Positions 31,982-42,982 of a DNA stretch of 64,000 bases are shown piece by piece. Below the pieces are notes generated by a model. That model was given only the letters and a program-made list of their open reading frames with translations, had not been told where the DNA came from and did not search any database. Both the position numbers and the translations under genes were made by a program. Source of the DNA: Escherichia coli (GTDB lineage Bacteria; Pseudomonadota; Gammaproteobacteria; Enterobacterales; Enterobacteriaceae); NCBI RefSeq assembly GCF_003334815.1, contig NZ_QOWO01000002.1; one strand, 5' to 3'. Each line of letters begins with the position of its first letter. Position 1 is the stretch's first letter.

Positions 31982-33640
31982 ATGATTCTTGAGCGCGTTG
32001 AAATTGTGGGTTTTCGCGGTATCAACCGTTTGTCGTTGATGCTGGAACAAAACAACGTCCTGATTGGGGAAAACGCGTGGGGTAAATCCAGCTTGCTGGA
32101 CGCCTTAACTCTGCTGCTATCGCCAGAATCAGATCTCTACCATTTTGAGCGCGACGATTTCTGGTTCCCGCCGGGAGATATCAACGGGCGAGAACATCAT
32201 CTGCATATTATTTTGACCTTCCGCGAATCGCTGCCAGGCCGACATCGGGTTCGCCGTTATCGGCCGCTGGAAGCGTGCTGGACGCCATGCACCGATGGCT
32301 ATCACCGTATTTTTTATCGTCTGGAAGGGGAGAGTGCGGAAGACGGCAGCGTGATGACACTGCGCAGTTTTCTCGATAAAGACGGACATCCGATTGATGT
32401 CGAGGATATTAACGATCAGGCACGCCATCTGGTGCGTTTAATGCCGGTGCTGCGCTTGCGTGATGCCCGTTTTATGCGCCGTATTCGTAACGGCACGGTG
32501 CCAAATGTCCCTAATGTGGAAGTCACCGCGCGCCAGCTCGATTTCCTCGCCCGTGAGTTATCCTCACATCCGCAAAATCTCTCTGATGGGCAGATTCGTC
32601 AGGGACTTTCCGCAATGGTACAGCTGCTTGAGCATTATTTCTCTGAGCAGGGGGCCGGACAGGCGCGATATCGTTTAATGCGGCGGCGAGCCAGCAATGA
32701 GCAACGAAGCTGGCGCTATCTGGATATCATCAACCGGATGATTGACCGACCTGGTGGGCGCTCGTATCGGGTTATTTTGCTCGGCCTATTTGCTACTTTG
32801 TTGCAGGCAAAAGGCACATTGCGACTGGATAAAGACGCCCGTCCATTGTTGCTGATCGAAGATCCAGAAACCCGTTTACACCCCATTATGCTTTCAGTTG
32901 CCTGGCATCTGTTGAATCTTCTGCCATTGCAGCGCATTGCCACCACCAACTCGGGTGAGTTGCTTTCGTTAACGCCGGTAGAGCATGTTTGCCGACTGGT
33001 ACGTGAGTCCTCGCGCGTTGCCGCCTGGCGTCTGGGGCCGAGTGGCTTGAGTACCGAAGATAGCCGACGCATATCCTTTCACATTCGTTTTAACCGTCCG
33101 TCATCGCTGTTTGCACGCTGCTGGTTGCTGGTGGAAGGGGAAACGGAAACCTGGGTTATCAATGAACTGGCGCGTCAGTGCGGACATCATTTTGATGCCG
33201 AAGGGATCAAGGTCATTGAGTTTGCCCAGTCCGGGCTAAAGCCACTGGTTAAATTTGCCCGCCGAATGGGGATTGAATGGCATGTACTGGTCGATGGCGA
33301 TGAAGCAGGGAAGAAATATGCCGCTACGGTACGCAGCCTGTTGAATAACGATCGGGAAGCCGAACGAGAACATTTAACGGCGTTACCGGCGCTGGATATG
33401 GAACATTTTATGTATCGCCAGGGATTTTCCGATGTGTTCCACCGCATGGCGCAAATCCCGGAAAATGTACCGATGAATCTACGCAAAATTATCTCGAAAG
33501 CGATCCATCGCTCTTCCAAACCCGATCTTGCCATTGAAGTGGCAATGGAGGCAGGACGTCGTGGTGTGGACTCCGTACCGACGCTGCTGAAAAAAATGTT
33601 CTCACGCGTGCTGTGGCTGGCGCGCGGTCGCGCGGATTAA
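31982..33640 (+). CDS. ybjD: OLD-family ATP-dependent endonuclease YbjD (N-terminal ABC-like ATPase + C-terminal TOPRIM)
   Basis: 552-aa ORF; Walker A GENAWGKSS, Walker B LLLIEDPE, TOPRIM-like LVEGETE and HVLVDGDEAG motifs. Confidence 0.9.
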   Translation: MILERVEIVGFRGINRLSLMLEQNNVLIGENAWGKSSLLDALTLLLSPESDLYHFERDDFWFPPGDINGREHHLHIILTFRESLPGRHRVRRYRPLEACWTPCTDGYHRIFYRLEGESAEDGSVMTLRSFLDKDGHPIDVEDINDQARHLVRLMPVLRLRDARFMRRIRNGTVPNVPNVEVTARQLDFLARELSSHPQNLSDGQIRQGLSAMVQLLEHYFSEQGAGQARYRLMRRRASNEQRSWRYLDIINRMIDRPGGRSYRVILLGLFATLLQAKGTLRLDKDARPLLLIEDPETRLHPIMLSVAWHLLNLLPLQRIATTNSGELLSLTPVEHVCRLVRESSRVAAWRLGPSGLSTEDSRRISFHIRFNRPSSLFARCWLLVEGETETWVINELARQCGHHFDAEGIKVIEFAQSGLKPLVKFARRMGIEWHVLVDGDEAGKKYAATVRSLLNNDREAEREHLTALPALDMEHFMYRQGFSDVFHRMAQIPENVPMNLRKIISKAIHRSSKPDLAIEVAMEAGRRGVDSVPTLLKKMFSRVLWLARGRAD

Positions 33641-34629
33641 CCGCGAAACATCGTGGCCATTTGTGGCTGAATAGCGTCGAGCATCTCATAGCGCCGACGG
33701 TATTCAGCCCGTTTTTTACTGGCGATTTCGGCAATCTCTTTTCGTGCTATCTGTGCTGGAAGGCGGTAATGGCGTTCAGCATCACATACGCCGCCAACCG
33801 ATTCCCAGAAAGCGTTGTAATCAGCGTGGATCTTGCCTTCTTTATCGCGATAACGCAGGCTGCGGTAAATATGCGTTTCATTGCTGACGGCAATAATCTG
33901 CTCTACCTGCAAACGTTGGGCAAACAGACAGGCCGCTTCCATCACGAGGCGTTTGGGAAATAGCCCGTGGCAGGCTTTCGTCGCATTCTGGATTTCCTGA
34001 TGTGGAATTTCCCATTTTGCGCCTTGCAGTCCGCCAATAAACATCGTTCTTTTCCCCTGATATTCACACAGGGTAAACGTGATCTCTGCCAGAGGAATAC
34101 CTTCGCTGTTGCGGAACAGGATTGTGCTGTCACCTTCTTTATCCATTGAGATCATCATGGTCAGCTCAAGCGTGAACTGCTCGCCGTTTTTGCCTTCCAG
34201 CTTCGCCAGTTGCAGCCCGGGGGTATTCAAATATAAGCTGAATTCTTCCGCCGACATACATTCGCGGAGTAACGCATAATGGTAACGTAACGCCTCCAGC
34301 AATTGCTTACGGCTAAGATTCGCCGCAAGGTAAGGGCGATGCAGACGCACAGGCAGTCGCGGCTGGCGCGTTAACAATACATTGAGATTAGGCCAGTGGG
34401 AAAGTTCGTTCATCCACTCAACGCTTAAACGCGGCATAATCAACGAGCGCAGCAAAAATTTCTGGCGAAAACTACGGCGATGCCAGAATTTACCCGGCCG
34501 ACACTGTCCACGTGCCAGACTAAGAAAAAGTGACAGGCTGCTGAGAGATTCAGATGGCGTAAAGGTCCGTTCAGTTAGCTGCGACATATTCATGAAATCA
34601 ATGGTTATACATGGCGTCGATTTCACCAT
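33637..34629 (-). CDS. ybjX: DUF535/VirK-family protein YbjX
   Basis: 330-aa ORF from ATG 34629; convergent with ybjD, stop codons overlap by 4 nt. Confidence 0.85.
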   Translation of the reverse strand: MVKSTPCITIDFMNMSQLTERTFTPSESLSSLSLFLSLARGQCRPGKFWHRRSFRQKFLLRSLIMPRLSVEWMNELSHWPNLNVLLTRQPRLPVRLHRPYLAANLSRKQLLEALRYHYALLRECMSAEEFSLYLNTPGLQLAKLEGKNGEQFTLELTMMISMDKEGDSTILFRNSEGIPLAEITFTLCEYQGKRTMFIGGLQGAKWEIPHQEIQNATKACHGLFPKRLVMEAACLFAQRLQVEQIIAVSNETHIYRSLRYRDKEGKIHADYNAFWESVGGVCDAERHYRLPAQIARKEIAEIASKKRAEYRRRYEMLDAIQPQMATMFRG

Positions 34630-34743
34630 TGCGTATCTTAACCAAACATCAATAGTGTGATTACTAACGTAAATTTTAGGGTTTTGTTGATATTTCGTTG
34701 AAGTTAATGACCCGGATTGGCATATGGAGTATTCAGAAAATTT

Positions 34744-35859
34744 ATGAAAAAGCGGAAAACCGTGAAGAAGCGTTACGTTATTGCGCTGGTGATAGTCATC
34801 GCCGGACTGATTACGTTATGGAGAATTCTTAACGCACCCGTGCCGACTTATCAGACGCTGATTGTGCGCCCCGGTGATTTACAGCAAAGCGTGCTGGCGA
34901 CCGGAAAGCTGGACGCGCTGCGTAAGGTTGATGTGGGCGCGCAGGTCAGCGGTCAGTTGAAAACTCTGTCGGTGGCGATTGGCGATAAAGTAAAAAAAGA
35001 CCAGCTTTTAGGGGTTATTGATCCTGAACAGGCTGAAAACCAGATTAAGGAGGTCGAAGCAACGCTGATGGAGCTACGTGCGCAGCGGCAGCAGGCGGAA
35101 GCGGAGCTGAAACTGGCGCGGGTGACGTATTCCCGTCAGCAACGTCTGGCACAAACGAAGGCTGTTTCACAGCAGGATCTCGACACCGCCGCGACGGAGA
35201 TGGCTGTGAAACAGGCGCAAATTGGCACCATTGACGCGCAAATCAAGCGCAATCAGGCTTCTCTCGATACGGCTAAAACCAATCTCGATTACACTCGCAT
35301 CGTTGCCCCGATGGCCGGGGAAGTCACGCAAATCACCACTCTGCAAGGCCAGACGGTGATTGCCGCACAACAAGCACCGAACATTCTGACGCTGGCAGAT
35401 ATGAGCACCATGCTGGTAAAAGCGCAGGTTTCTGAAGCGGATGTAATCCACCTGAAGCCGGGGCAAAAAGCCTGGTTTACGGTGCTTGGCGATCCACTGA
35501 CGCGCTACGAGGGGCAAATCAAGGATGTACTACCGACGCCGGAAAAGGTTAACGACGCTATTTTCTATTACGCCCGTTTTGAAGTCCCCAACCCCAATGG
35601 TTTGCTGCGGCTGGATATGACTGCGCAAGTGCATATTCAGCTCACCGATGTGAAAAATGTGCTGACGATCCCTCTGTCGGCGTTAGGCGATCCGGTTGGC
35701 GATAATCGTTATAAAGTCAAATTGTTGCGTAATGGTGAAACACGCGAGCGTGAAGTGACGATTGGCGCACGTAACGATACCGATGTTGAGATTGTCAAAG
35801 GGCTTGAAGCGGGCGATGAAGTGGTGATTGGTGAGGCCAAACCAGGAGCTGCACAATGA
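34744..35859 (+). CDS. macA: Macrolide efflux periplasmic adaptor (MFP) MacA
   Basis: 371-aa ORF from ATG 34744 ([21 protein letters not shown]...); coiled-coil and lipoyl-like MFP domains. Confidence 0.95.
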   Translation: MKKRKTVKKRYVIALVIVIAGLITLWRILNAPVPTYQTLIVRPGDLQQSVLATGKLDALRKVDVGAQVSGQLKTLSVAIGDKVKKDQLLGVIDPEQAENQIKEVEATLMELRAQRQQAEAELKLARVTYSRQQRLAQTKAVSQQDLDTAATEMAVKQAQIGTIDAQIKRNQASLDTAKTNLDYTRIVAPMAGEVTQITTLQGQTVIAAQQAPNILTLADMSTMLVKAQVSEADVIHLKPGQKAWFTVLGDPLTRYEGQIKDVLPTPEKVNDAIFYYARFEVPNPNGLLRLDMTAQVHIQLTDVKNVLTIPLSALGDPVGDNRYKVKLLRNGETREREVTIGARNDTDVEIVKGLEAGDEVVIGEAKPGAAQ

Positions 35860-37802
35860 CGCCTTTGCTCGAATTAAAGGATATTCGTCGCAGCTATCCT
35901 GCCGGTGATGAGCAGGTTGAGGTGCTGAAGGGCATCAGCCTCGATATTTATGCGGGTGAGATGATCGCGATTGTTGGCGCTTCGGGTTCCGGTAAATCGA
36001 CCCTGATGAATATTCTCGGCTGTCTGGATAAGGCCACCAGCGGCACCTATCGCGTCGCCGGTCAGGATGTTGCCACGCTGGACGCCGATGCGCTGGCGCA
36101 ACTGCGCCGCGAGCATTTCGGCTTTATTTTCCAGCGTTACCATTTGCTTTCGCATTTAACCGCCGAGCAGAACGTTGAAGTACCCGCCGTCTATGCTGGT
36201 CTTGAGCGGAAACAGCGACTGCTTCGTGCCCAGGAGTTGCTGCAACGGCTGGGGCTGGAAGACCGTACAGAGTATTATCCGGCACAGCTTTCGGGTGGTC
36301 AGCAACAGCGCGTCAGCATCGCGCGGGCATTGATGAACGGTGGTCAGGTAATTCTTGCCGATGAACCAACCGGCGCACTGGACAGCCATTCTGGCGAAGA
36401 GGTGATGGCGATCCTGCATCAGCTGCGCGATCGTGGGCATACGGTGATTATCGTCACCCACGATCCGCAGGTCGCTGCTCAGGCCGAGCGGGTGATCGAA
36501 ATTCGCGACGGCGAAATTGTGCGCAATCCTCCCGCCATTGAAAAAGTGAATGTTACTGGCGGGACGGAACCTGTTGTCAACACGGTGTCTGGCTGGCGGC
36601 AGTTTGTCAGCGGTTTTAACGAGGCGCTGACGATGGCATGGCGGGCGCTGGCAGCGAATAAAATGCGTACTTTACTGACCATGCTGGGGATTATTATCGG
36701 TATTGCGTCGGTGGTTTCCATTGTCGTGGTGGGTGACGCCGCCAAACAAATGGTGCTGGCGGATATTCGTTCTATTGGTACGAATACTATTGATGTCTAT
36801 CCCGGGAAAGATTTTGGCGATGACGATCCGCAATATCAGCAGGCGCTGAAGTACGACGACTTAATCGCCATCCAAAAACAACCGTGGGTCGCCTCAGCCA
36901 CACCTGCCGTCTCGCAAAACCTGCGCCTGCGTTATAACAATGTTGATGTTGCTGCCAGTGCCAATGGCGTGAGCGGCGATTATTTTAATGTCTATGGCAT
37001 GACCTTCAGTGAAGGAAACACCTTTAATCAGGAGCAGCTGAACGGTCGTGCGCAGGTCGTGGTTCTCGACAGTAATACTCGCCGCCAGCTTTTCCCCCAT
37101 AAAGCAGATGTGGTTGGCGAGGTGATTCTGGTCGGCAATATGCCCGCCAGAGTCATTGGTGTGGCGGAAGAAAAACAGTCGATGTTTGGTAGCAGTAAAG
37201 TGCTGCGTGTCTGGCTACCTTACAGCACGATGTCCGGGCGAGTTATGGGCCAGTCGTGGCTTAACTCCATTACTGTCAGGGTGAAAGAAGGATTTGACAG
37301 CGCCGAGGCGGAACAGCAACTCACGCGTTTACTTTCACTGCGCCACGGAAAGAAGGATTTCTTTACCTGGAACATGGACGGCGTCTTGAAAACTGTTGAA
37401 AAGACCACACGTACTTTACAACTGTTTCTGACGCTGGTGGCGGTGATTTCGCTGGTGGTGGGCGGTATTGGTGTAATGAATATTATGCTGGTGTCAGTGA
37501 CCGAGCGGACGCGGGAAATTGGCATTCGCATGGCTGTAGGTGCGCGAGCAAGCGATGTTTTGCAACAGTTCCTGATCGAAGCCGTACTGGTTTGCCTGGT
37601 CGGTGGCGCGTTGGGAATAACACTGTCACTGTTAATTGCTTTCACCTTGCAGCTTTTCTTACCCGGCTGGGAGATTGGTTTTTCACCGTTGGCGCTGCTG
37701 CTGGCGTTTCTCTGCTCGACGGTCACCGGGATTTTATTTGGCTGGTTACCCGCACGAAATGCGGCACGACTGGATCCAGTAGATGCTCTGGCACGAGAGT
37801 AA
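35856..37802 (+). CDS. macB: Macrolide ABC exporter MacB (fused ATPase-permease)
   Basis: 648-aa ORF; Walker [10 protein letters not shown], signature LSGGQQQR, C-terminal FtsX-like permease; 4-bp overlap with macA. Confidence 0.95.
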   Translation: MTPLLELKDIRRSYPAGDEQVEVLKGISLDIYAGEMIAIVGASGSGKSTLMNILGCLDKATSGTYRVAGQDVATLDADALAQLRREHFGFIFQRYHLLSHLTAEQNVEVPAVYAGLERKQRLLRAQELLQRLGLEDRTEYYPAQLSGGQQQRVSIARALMNGGQVILADEPTGALDSHSGEEVMAILHQLRDRGHTVIIVTHDPQVAAQAERVIEIRDGEIVRNPPAIEKVNVTGGTEPVVNTVSGWRQFVSGFNEALTMAWRALAANKMRTLLTMLGIIIGIASVVSIVVVGDAAKQMVLADIRSIGTNTIDVYPGKDFGDDDPQYQQALKYDDLIAIQKQPWVASATPAVSQNLRLRYNNVDVAASANGVSGDYFNVYGMTFSEGNTFNQEQLNGRAQVVVLDSNTRRQLFPHKADVVGEVILVGNMPARVIGVAEEKQSMFGSSKVLRVWLPYSTMSGRVMGQSWLNSITVRVKEGFDSAEAEQQLTRLLSLRHGKKDFFTWNMDGVLKTVEKTTRTLQLFLTLVAVISLVVGGIGVMNIMLVSVTERTREIGIRMAVGARASDVLQQFLIEAVLVCLVGGALGITLSLLIAFTLQLFLPGWEIGFSPLALLLAFLCSTVTGILFGWLPARNAARLDPVDALARE

Positions 37803-37810
37803 TTTTTGAG

Positions 37811-37845
37811 ATAAAAATGCCAGCCGATCGGGCTGGCATTTTGCC
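37811..37845. terminator. Bidirectional intrinsic terminator between macB and cspD
   Basis: Hairpin ATGCCAGCC-GATC-GGGCTGGCAT flanked by A-run upstream and T-run downstream. Confidence 0.65.
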
Positions 37846-37874
37846 TTTAGGATGTACACAATGAGACAGAAGAG

Positions 37875-38099
37875 CTATGCGACTGCCGCTTCTACTTCGA
37901 CGGGCACAATAACACTGGCGTGATTGCCTTTTGGCCCCTGGTGGACATCAAACTGAACGGATTGTCCAGCTTTTAGCGTTCTGTAACCATCCATCTGAAT
38001 GGTGGAATAATGAGCGAAAATATCTTCGCCGCCGCCTTCAGGGCAGATGAAACCAAACCCTTTGGCATTGTTGAACCACTTAACAGTACCCTTTTCCAT
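37875..38099 (-). CDS. cspD: Cold-shock-domain protein CspD (stationary-phase replication inhibitor)
   Basis: 74-aa ORF from ATG 38099 MEKGTVKWFNNAKGFGFI... Confidence 0.9.
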   Translation of the reverse strand: MEKGTVKWFNNAKGFGFICPEGGGEDIFAHYSTIQMDGYRTLKAGQSVQFDVHQGPKGNHASVIVPVEVEAAVA

Positions 38100-38421
38100 G
38101 CTTCGACATCCTTCGCAAATCTTATACAAGTAAGATGGAATAAACCGGGGTCAGAGAGGGGGCTGTTCAAAACCTCGCCAACTCTAGAAATACAATTTAG
38201 AGAATTAGGGCGAGCCGTCAAGCATTTGACAGGGGACAAGGGGCAGGTATGAATCAAAAATTTGAAGCAGTTAACGCTATTGACAGGAATGTGACAGATG
38301 TCGCTGATGCCAACGATAGATGATAGTTATCTATCATGTGGAGTAGATTGGTCAGGCAAATAAGCTCTTGTCAGCGGCAGGGCGTTCTGCCGATAACCGT
38401 AACCGAAGATGATAACTGACA

Positions 38422-38742
38422 ATGGGTAAAACGAACGACTGGCTGGACTTTGATCAACTGGCGGAAGAAAAAGTTCGCGACGCGCTAAAACCGCCATCTA
38501 TGTATAAAGTGATATTAGTCAATGATGATTACACTCCGATGGAGTTTGTTATTGACGTGTTACAAAAATTCTTTTCTTATGATGTAGAACGTGCAACGCA
38601 ATTGATGCTCGCTGTTCACTACCAGGGGAAGGCCATTTGCGGAGTCTTTACCGCCGAGGTTGCAGAAACCAAAGTGGCGATGGTGAACAAGTACGCGAGG
38701 GAGAATGAGCATCCATTGCTGTGTACGCTAGAAAAAGCCTGA
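38422..38742 (+). CDS. clpS: ClpA adaptor ClpS
   Basis: 106-aa [20 protein letters not shown]... Confidence 0.95.
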
Positions 38743-38772
38743 ATGCAGGCATAAAAATTGGGGGAGGTGCCT

Positions 38773-41049
38773 ATGCTCAATCAAGAACTGGAACTCAGTT
38801 TAAATATGGCTTTCGCCAGAGCGCGCGAGCACCGTCATGAGTTTATGACCGTCGAGCACTTGTTACTGGCGCTGCTCAGTAACCCATCTGCCCGGGAGGC
38901 GCTGGAAGCGTGTTCTGTGGATTTGGTTGCGCTCCGTCAGGAACTGGAAGCCTTTATTGAACAAACCACACCCGTTCTGCCTGCCAGTGAAGAGGAGCGC
39001 GACACACAGCCGACGCTGAGTTTTCAGCGTGTACTGCAACGTGCGGTCTTCCATGTCCAGTCCTCCGGTCGCAATGAGGTTACCGGTGCAAACGTTCTGG
39101 TCGCTATCTTTAGCGAACAGGAGTCGCAGGCGGCATATCTGTTGCGTAAACATGAAGTCAGCCGTCTCGATGTGGTGAACTTTATCTCTCATGGCACGCG
39201 TAAAGACGAGCCGACACAGTCTTCTGATCCTGGCAGCCAGCCAAACAGCGAAGAACAAGCTGGTGGGGAGGAACGTATGGAGAATTTCACGACGAACCTG
39301 AATCAGCTTGCGCGCGTGGGCGGAATCGACCCACTGATTGGTCGTGAGAAGGAGCTGGAGCGTGCTATTCAGGTTCTCTGCCGTCGCCGTAAAAACAACC
39401 CGCTGCTGGTGGGGGAATCTGGTGTCGGTAAAACCGCGATTGCGGAAGGTCTTGCCTGGCGAATTGTTCAGGGCGATGTGCCGGAAGTGATGGCTGACTG
39501 TACGATTTACTCTCTCGATATCGGTTCTCTGTTAGCGGGCACAAAATATCGCGGCGACTTTGAAAAACGTTTTAAAGCGTTGCTCAAGCAGCTGGAGCAG
39601 GACACTAACAGCATCCTGTTTATTGATGAGATCCACACCATTATCGGTGCGGGTGCAGCGTCTGGTGGTCAGGTCGATGCGGCTAACCTAATCAAACCGT
39701 TGCTCTCCAGCGGTAAAATTCGTGTAATTGGTTCGACAACCTATCAGGAGTTCAGCAACATTTTCGAGAAAGACCGTGCTCTGGCGCGTCGCTTCCAGAA
39801 AATTGATATTACTGAACCGTCGATCGAAGAAACTGTTCAAATCATCAATGGCCTGAAACCGAAGTATGAAGCGCACCACGACGTGCGTTATACCGCAAAA
39901 GCGGTGCGTGCGGCGGTAGAGCTGGCGGTGAAATACATTAACGATCGTCATCTGCCGGATAAAGCCATTGATGTTATCGACGAAGCGGGCGCTCGCGCAC
40001 GCCTGATGCCGGTAAGCAAACGCAAGAAAACCGTTAATGTGGCGGATATTGAGTCCGTGGTGGCCCGTATTGCACGCATTCCAGAGAAGAGTGTTTCTCA
40101 GAGTGATCGTGATACCCTGAAAAACCTCGGCGATCGCTTGAAAATGCTGGTCTTCGGTCAGGATAAAGCCATTGAGGCGCTGACTGAAGCCATTAAGATG
40201 GCGCGTGCAGGTTTAGGTCACGAACATAAACCGGTTGGTTCGTTCCTGTTTGCCGGCCCTACCGGGGTCGGGAAAACAGAGGTGACGGTACAGCTTTCGA
40301 AAGCTTTGGGCATTGAGCTTCTGCGCTTTGATATGTCCGAGTATATGGAACGCCATACCGTCAGCCGTCTTATTGGTGCGCCTCCGGGATACGTTGGTTT
40401 TGATCAGGGCGGTTTGCTGACTGATGCGGTCATCAAGCATCCACATGCGGTGCTGCTGCTGGACGAAATCGAGAAAGCGCACCCGGACGTGTTCAATATT
40501 CTGTTGCAGGTGATGGATAACGGTACGCTGACCGATAACAACGGACGCAAAGCAGACTTCCGTAACGTGGTGCTGGTGATGACCACCAACGCCGGGGTAC
40601 GGGAAACTGAGCGCAAATCCATTGGTCTTATCCACCAGGATAACAGCACCGATGCGATGGAAGAGATCAAGAAGATCTTTACACCGGAATTCCGTAACCG
40701 TCTCGACAACATTATCTGGTTTGATCATCTGTCAACCGACGTGATCCATCAGGTGGTGGATAAATTCATCGTCGAGTTGCAGGTTCAGCTGGATCAGAAA
40801 GGTGTTTCTCTGGAAGTGAGCCAGGAAGCGCGTAACTGGCTGGCCGAGAAAGGTTACGACCGGGCAATGGGCGCTCGTCCGATGGCGCGTGTCATCCAGG
40901 ACAACCTGAAAAAACCGCTCGCCAACGAACTGCTGTTTGGTTCGCTGGTGGACGGCGGTCAGGTCACCGTCGCGCTGGATAAAGAGAAAAATGAGCTGAC
41001 TTACGGATTCCAGAGTGCACAAAAGCACAAGGCGGAAGCAGCGCATTAA
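38773..41049 (+). CDS. clpA: ATP-dependent Clp protease ATPase subunit ClpA
   Basis: 758-aa ORF from ATG 38773 ([14 protein letters not shown]...); two AAA+ modules ([16 protein letters not shown]). Confidence 0.95.
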   Translation: MLNQELELSLNMAFARAREHRHEFMTVEHLLLALLSNPSAREALEACSVDLVALRQELEAFIEQTTPVLPASEEERDTQPTLSFQRVLQRAVFHVQSSGRNEVTGANVLVAIFSEQESQAAYLLRKHEVSRLDVVNFISHGTRKDEPTQSSDPGSQPNSEEQAGGEERMENFTTNLNQLARVGGIDPLIGREKELERAIQVLCRRRKNNPLLVGESGVGKTAIAEGLAWRIVQGDVPEVMADCTIYSLDIGSLLAGTKYRGDFEKRFKALLKQLEQDTNSILFIDEIHTIIGAGAASGGQVDAANLIKPLLSSGKIRVIGSTTYQEFSNIFEKDRALARRFQKIDITEPSIEETVQIINGLKPKYEAHHDVRYTAKAVRAAVELAVKYINDRHLPDKAIDVIDEAGARARLMPVSKRKKTVNVADIESVVARIARIPEKSVSQSDRDTLKNLGDRLKMLVFGQDKAIEALTEAIKMARAGLGHEHKPVGSFLFAGPTGVGKTEVTVQLSKALGIELLRFDMSEYMERHTVSRLIGAPPGYVGFDQGGLLTDAVIKHPHAVLLLDEIEKAHPDVFNILLQVMDNGTLTDNNGRKADFRNVVLVMTTNAGVRETERKSIGLIHQDNSTDAMEEIKKIFTPEFRNRLDNIIWFDHLSTDVIHQVVDKFIVELQVQLDQKGVSLEVSQEARNWLAEKGYDRAMGARPMARVIQDNLKKPLANELLFGSLVDGGQVTVALDKEKNELTYGFQSAQKHKAEAAH

Positions 41050-41073
41050 TCTGATTGTTAGGTAGGTTGGTCA

Positions 41074-41111
41074 AGTCCGTAATCTCGAAAGAGGTTACGG
41101 ACTTTTTGTTT
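41074..41111 (+). terminator. Intrinsic terminator of clpA
   Basis: Hairpin GTCCGTAA...TTACGGAC followed by TTTTTGTTT. Confidence 0.7.
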
Positions 41112-41261
41112 ATGGGGTGGAGGAGGTTCAGACCCTTTTTTTAATGATGATGGTAAGTTGTTGATAATTAGTGCTGCGGGAAGGTAAGGATAAAAAAGGG
41201 TGCTGCAGGAGAATGGGATGGTTTTGCTTTATTAACAACGGGCTAAACGTGTAGTATTTGA

Positions 41262-41349
41262 GTTCACTGCCGTACAGGCAGCTTAGAAATTCACAGGTAA
41301 CATACTCCACCCGCCCACCATGTTCACTGCCGTACAGACAGATAAAATG
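41262..41349 (+). CRISPR. Orphan type I-F CRISPR remnant: 2 repeats, 1 spacer, no cas genes
   Basis: 28-nt repeat GTTCACTGCCGTACAGGCAGCTTAGAAA (41262-41289), 32-nt spacer TTCACAGGTAACATACTCCACCCGCCCACCAT (41290-41321), degenerate terminal repeat GTTCACTGCCGTACAGACAGATAAAATG (41322-41349). Confidence 0.8.
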
Positions 41350-41350
41350 C

Positions 41351-41380
41351 GAAAAAAAAGCTCGCACTTTCGTACGAGCT
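41351..41380 (-). terminator. Intrinsic terminator downstream of serW
   Basis: On minus strand hairpin AGCTCG...CGAGCT followed by TTTTTTTTC. Confidence 0.65.
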
Positions 41381-41392
41381 CTTCTTTAAATA

Positions 41393-41480
41393 TGGCGGTG
41401 AGGGGGGGATTCGAACCCCCGATACGTTGCCGTATACACACTTTCCAGGCGTGCTCCTTCAGCCACTCGGACACCTCACC
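41393..41480 (-). tRNA. serW: tRNA-Ser (anticodon GGA)
   Basis: Reverse complement GGTGAGGTGTCCGAGTGGCTGAAGGAGCACGCCTGGAAAGTGTGTATACGGCAACGTATCGGGGGTTCGAATCCCCCCCTCACCGCCA; long variable arm, encoded CCA. Confidence 0.95.
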
Positions 41481-41666
41481 AAATTGTTTTGCTACCAAAC
41501 CTCATGGGTGGCAACGGGGCGCTACTATAGGGAGTTGGAGTAAAACGGTCAAGAAGAATTTTAATGATAATTATTGTTTGCTCATACTGTAAACAAGTTG
41601 TGCAGTATATCTACATCGAGACAAGTTACGGACTTATACTTCCAAAGTACTTCATACATATCACAA

Positions 41667-41692
41667 AATAAAAAGGCCGGTTAAACCGACCT
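41667..41692 (-). terminator. Intrinsic terminator of infA
   Basis: On minus strand hairpin GGTCGGTT-TAA-ACCGGCC followed by TTTTTATTTT. Confidence 0.55.
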
Positions 41693-41733
41693 TTTACTCG
41701 TTCTTTCTCTTCGCCCATCAGGCGGTAAAACAA

Positions 41734-41955
<222 letters not shown>

Positions 41956-42236
41956 ATCCTCTGGGGTATCACTACCGTAATTTGAACCGGCAAGATAATG
42001 CCGAAGTTCTGTAAATAAGTAAAGATTTGCGCGCTAAATCGCAACAAACAGGTTCGGCACATTACTCCGAAAACACACGGCTAAGCCGCACCAAAAGCGC
42101 AACGTATAAGGGAGCGGTGAGATAAACGATGGGCGTTACCTGACGCGAAAAATTCCTTATCGGCAGCGGGGTAATGAGCGTAACCAACTCTGCGACCGCA
42201 ATTATAACACTCTGGGGAGAAATGTGCCGAAAACAT

Positions 42237-42941
42237 TCATTCTTGTGGTGAAAACAAGCATCGTGGTACCCAGAAATTATTCGGCAATCGTCCGAGGCGC
42301 ATTTGATTGAGATAATTAAGGTAATCCCGGCGGGGAATTTCGCAGGCACCAAGCGATGCTGTGTGATCGTTAAGGACCTGGCAGTCGATAAGCTTACCGC
42401 CATGACCGATAAATTCCTCACAGAATACCAGAAGCGCCGTTTTAGACGCATTTTCCATCCGGCTGAACATGGACTCGCCACAAAATAGCGTTCCCTGGGC
42501 CACGCCGTACATACCGCCGACAAGCTCATCTTCACGCCAGACTTCAATGGCGTGGGCATGGCCGAGTTCGTGAAGGCGATGGTAGGCTTCGACCACGCCA
42601 CGCGTGATCCAGGTTCCTTCTTCGCGATCGCTGGCACAGCCTTCAATGACCTGACCAAAAGCGTAATTCATCGTGACACGATAGGGCGAGCGTTTATGAA
42701 ATCGCTTCATACTACGGCTGATATGCAGTGATTCTGGCCATAGCACCGCGCGGGGATCGGGCGACCACCAGAGGATGGGGTCGCCTGGAGAAAACTACGG
42801 AAAAATACCACGCTGGTAAGCCATTAACAGGCGCGCAGGGCTAAGATCGCCCCCAAGTGCCAGCAGGCCGTTAGGCTCACGTAATGCGCCTTCCGGGGAA
42901 GGGAAGGCTATTGAATGGCGAGAAAGCTGAACCAGGCGCAT
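42237..42941 (-). pseudogene. aat: Leucyl/phenylalanyl-tRNA-protein transferase (aat) interrupted by in-frame TAG at codon 49
   Basis: From ATG 42941 the frame reads [74 protein letters not shown]...; stop at 42795-42797 where a Trp codon is expected; rest of the 234-codon frame is intact. Confidence 0.8.
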
Positions 42942-42982
42942 GACCGCAAAACTCCACGCAAGTCGGATCGTTCAATAATAGC

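Noticed and set aside
41262-41349. A functional CRISPR-Cas system
   Set aside because: Only two repeats and one spacer; no cas genes in the window, so at most an orphan remnant.
42062-42658. 198-aa minus-strand ORF overlapping aat in another frame
   Set aside because: Alternate-frame artifact; the aat frame (with its single TAG) accounts for the region and matches the known protein.
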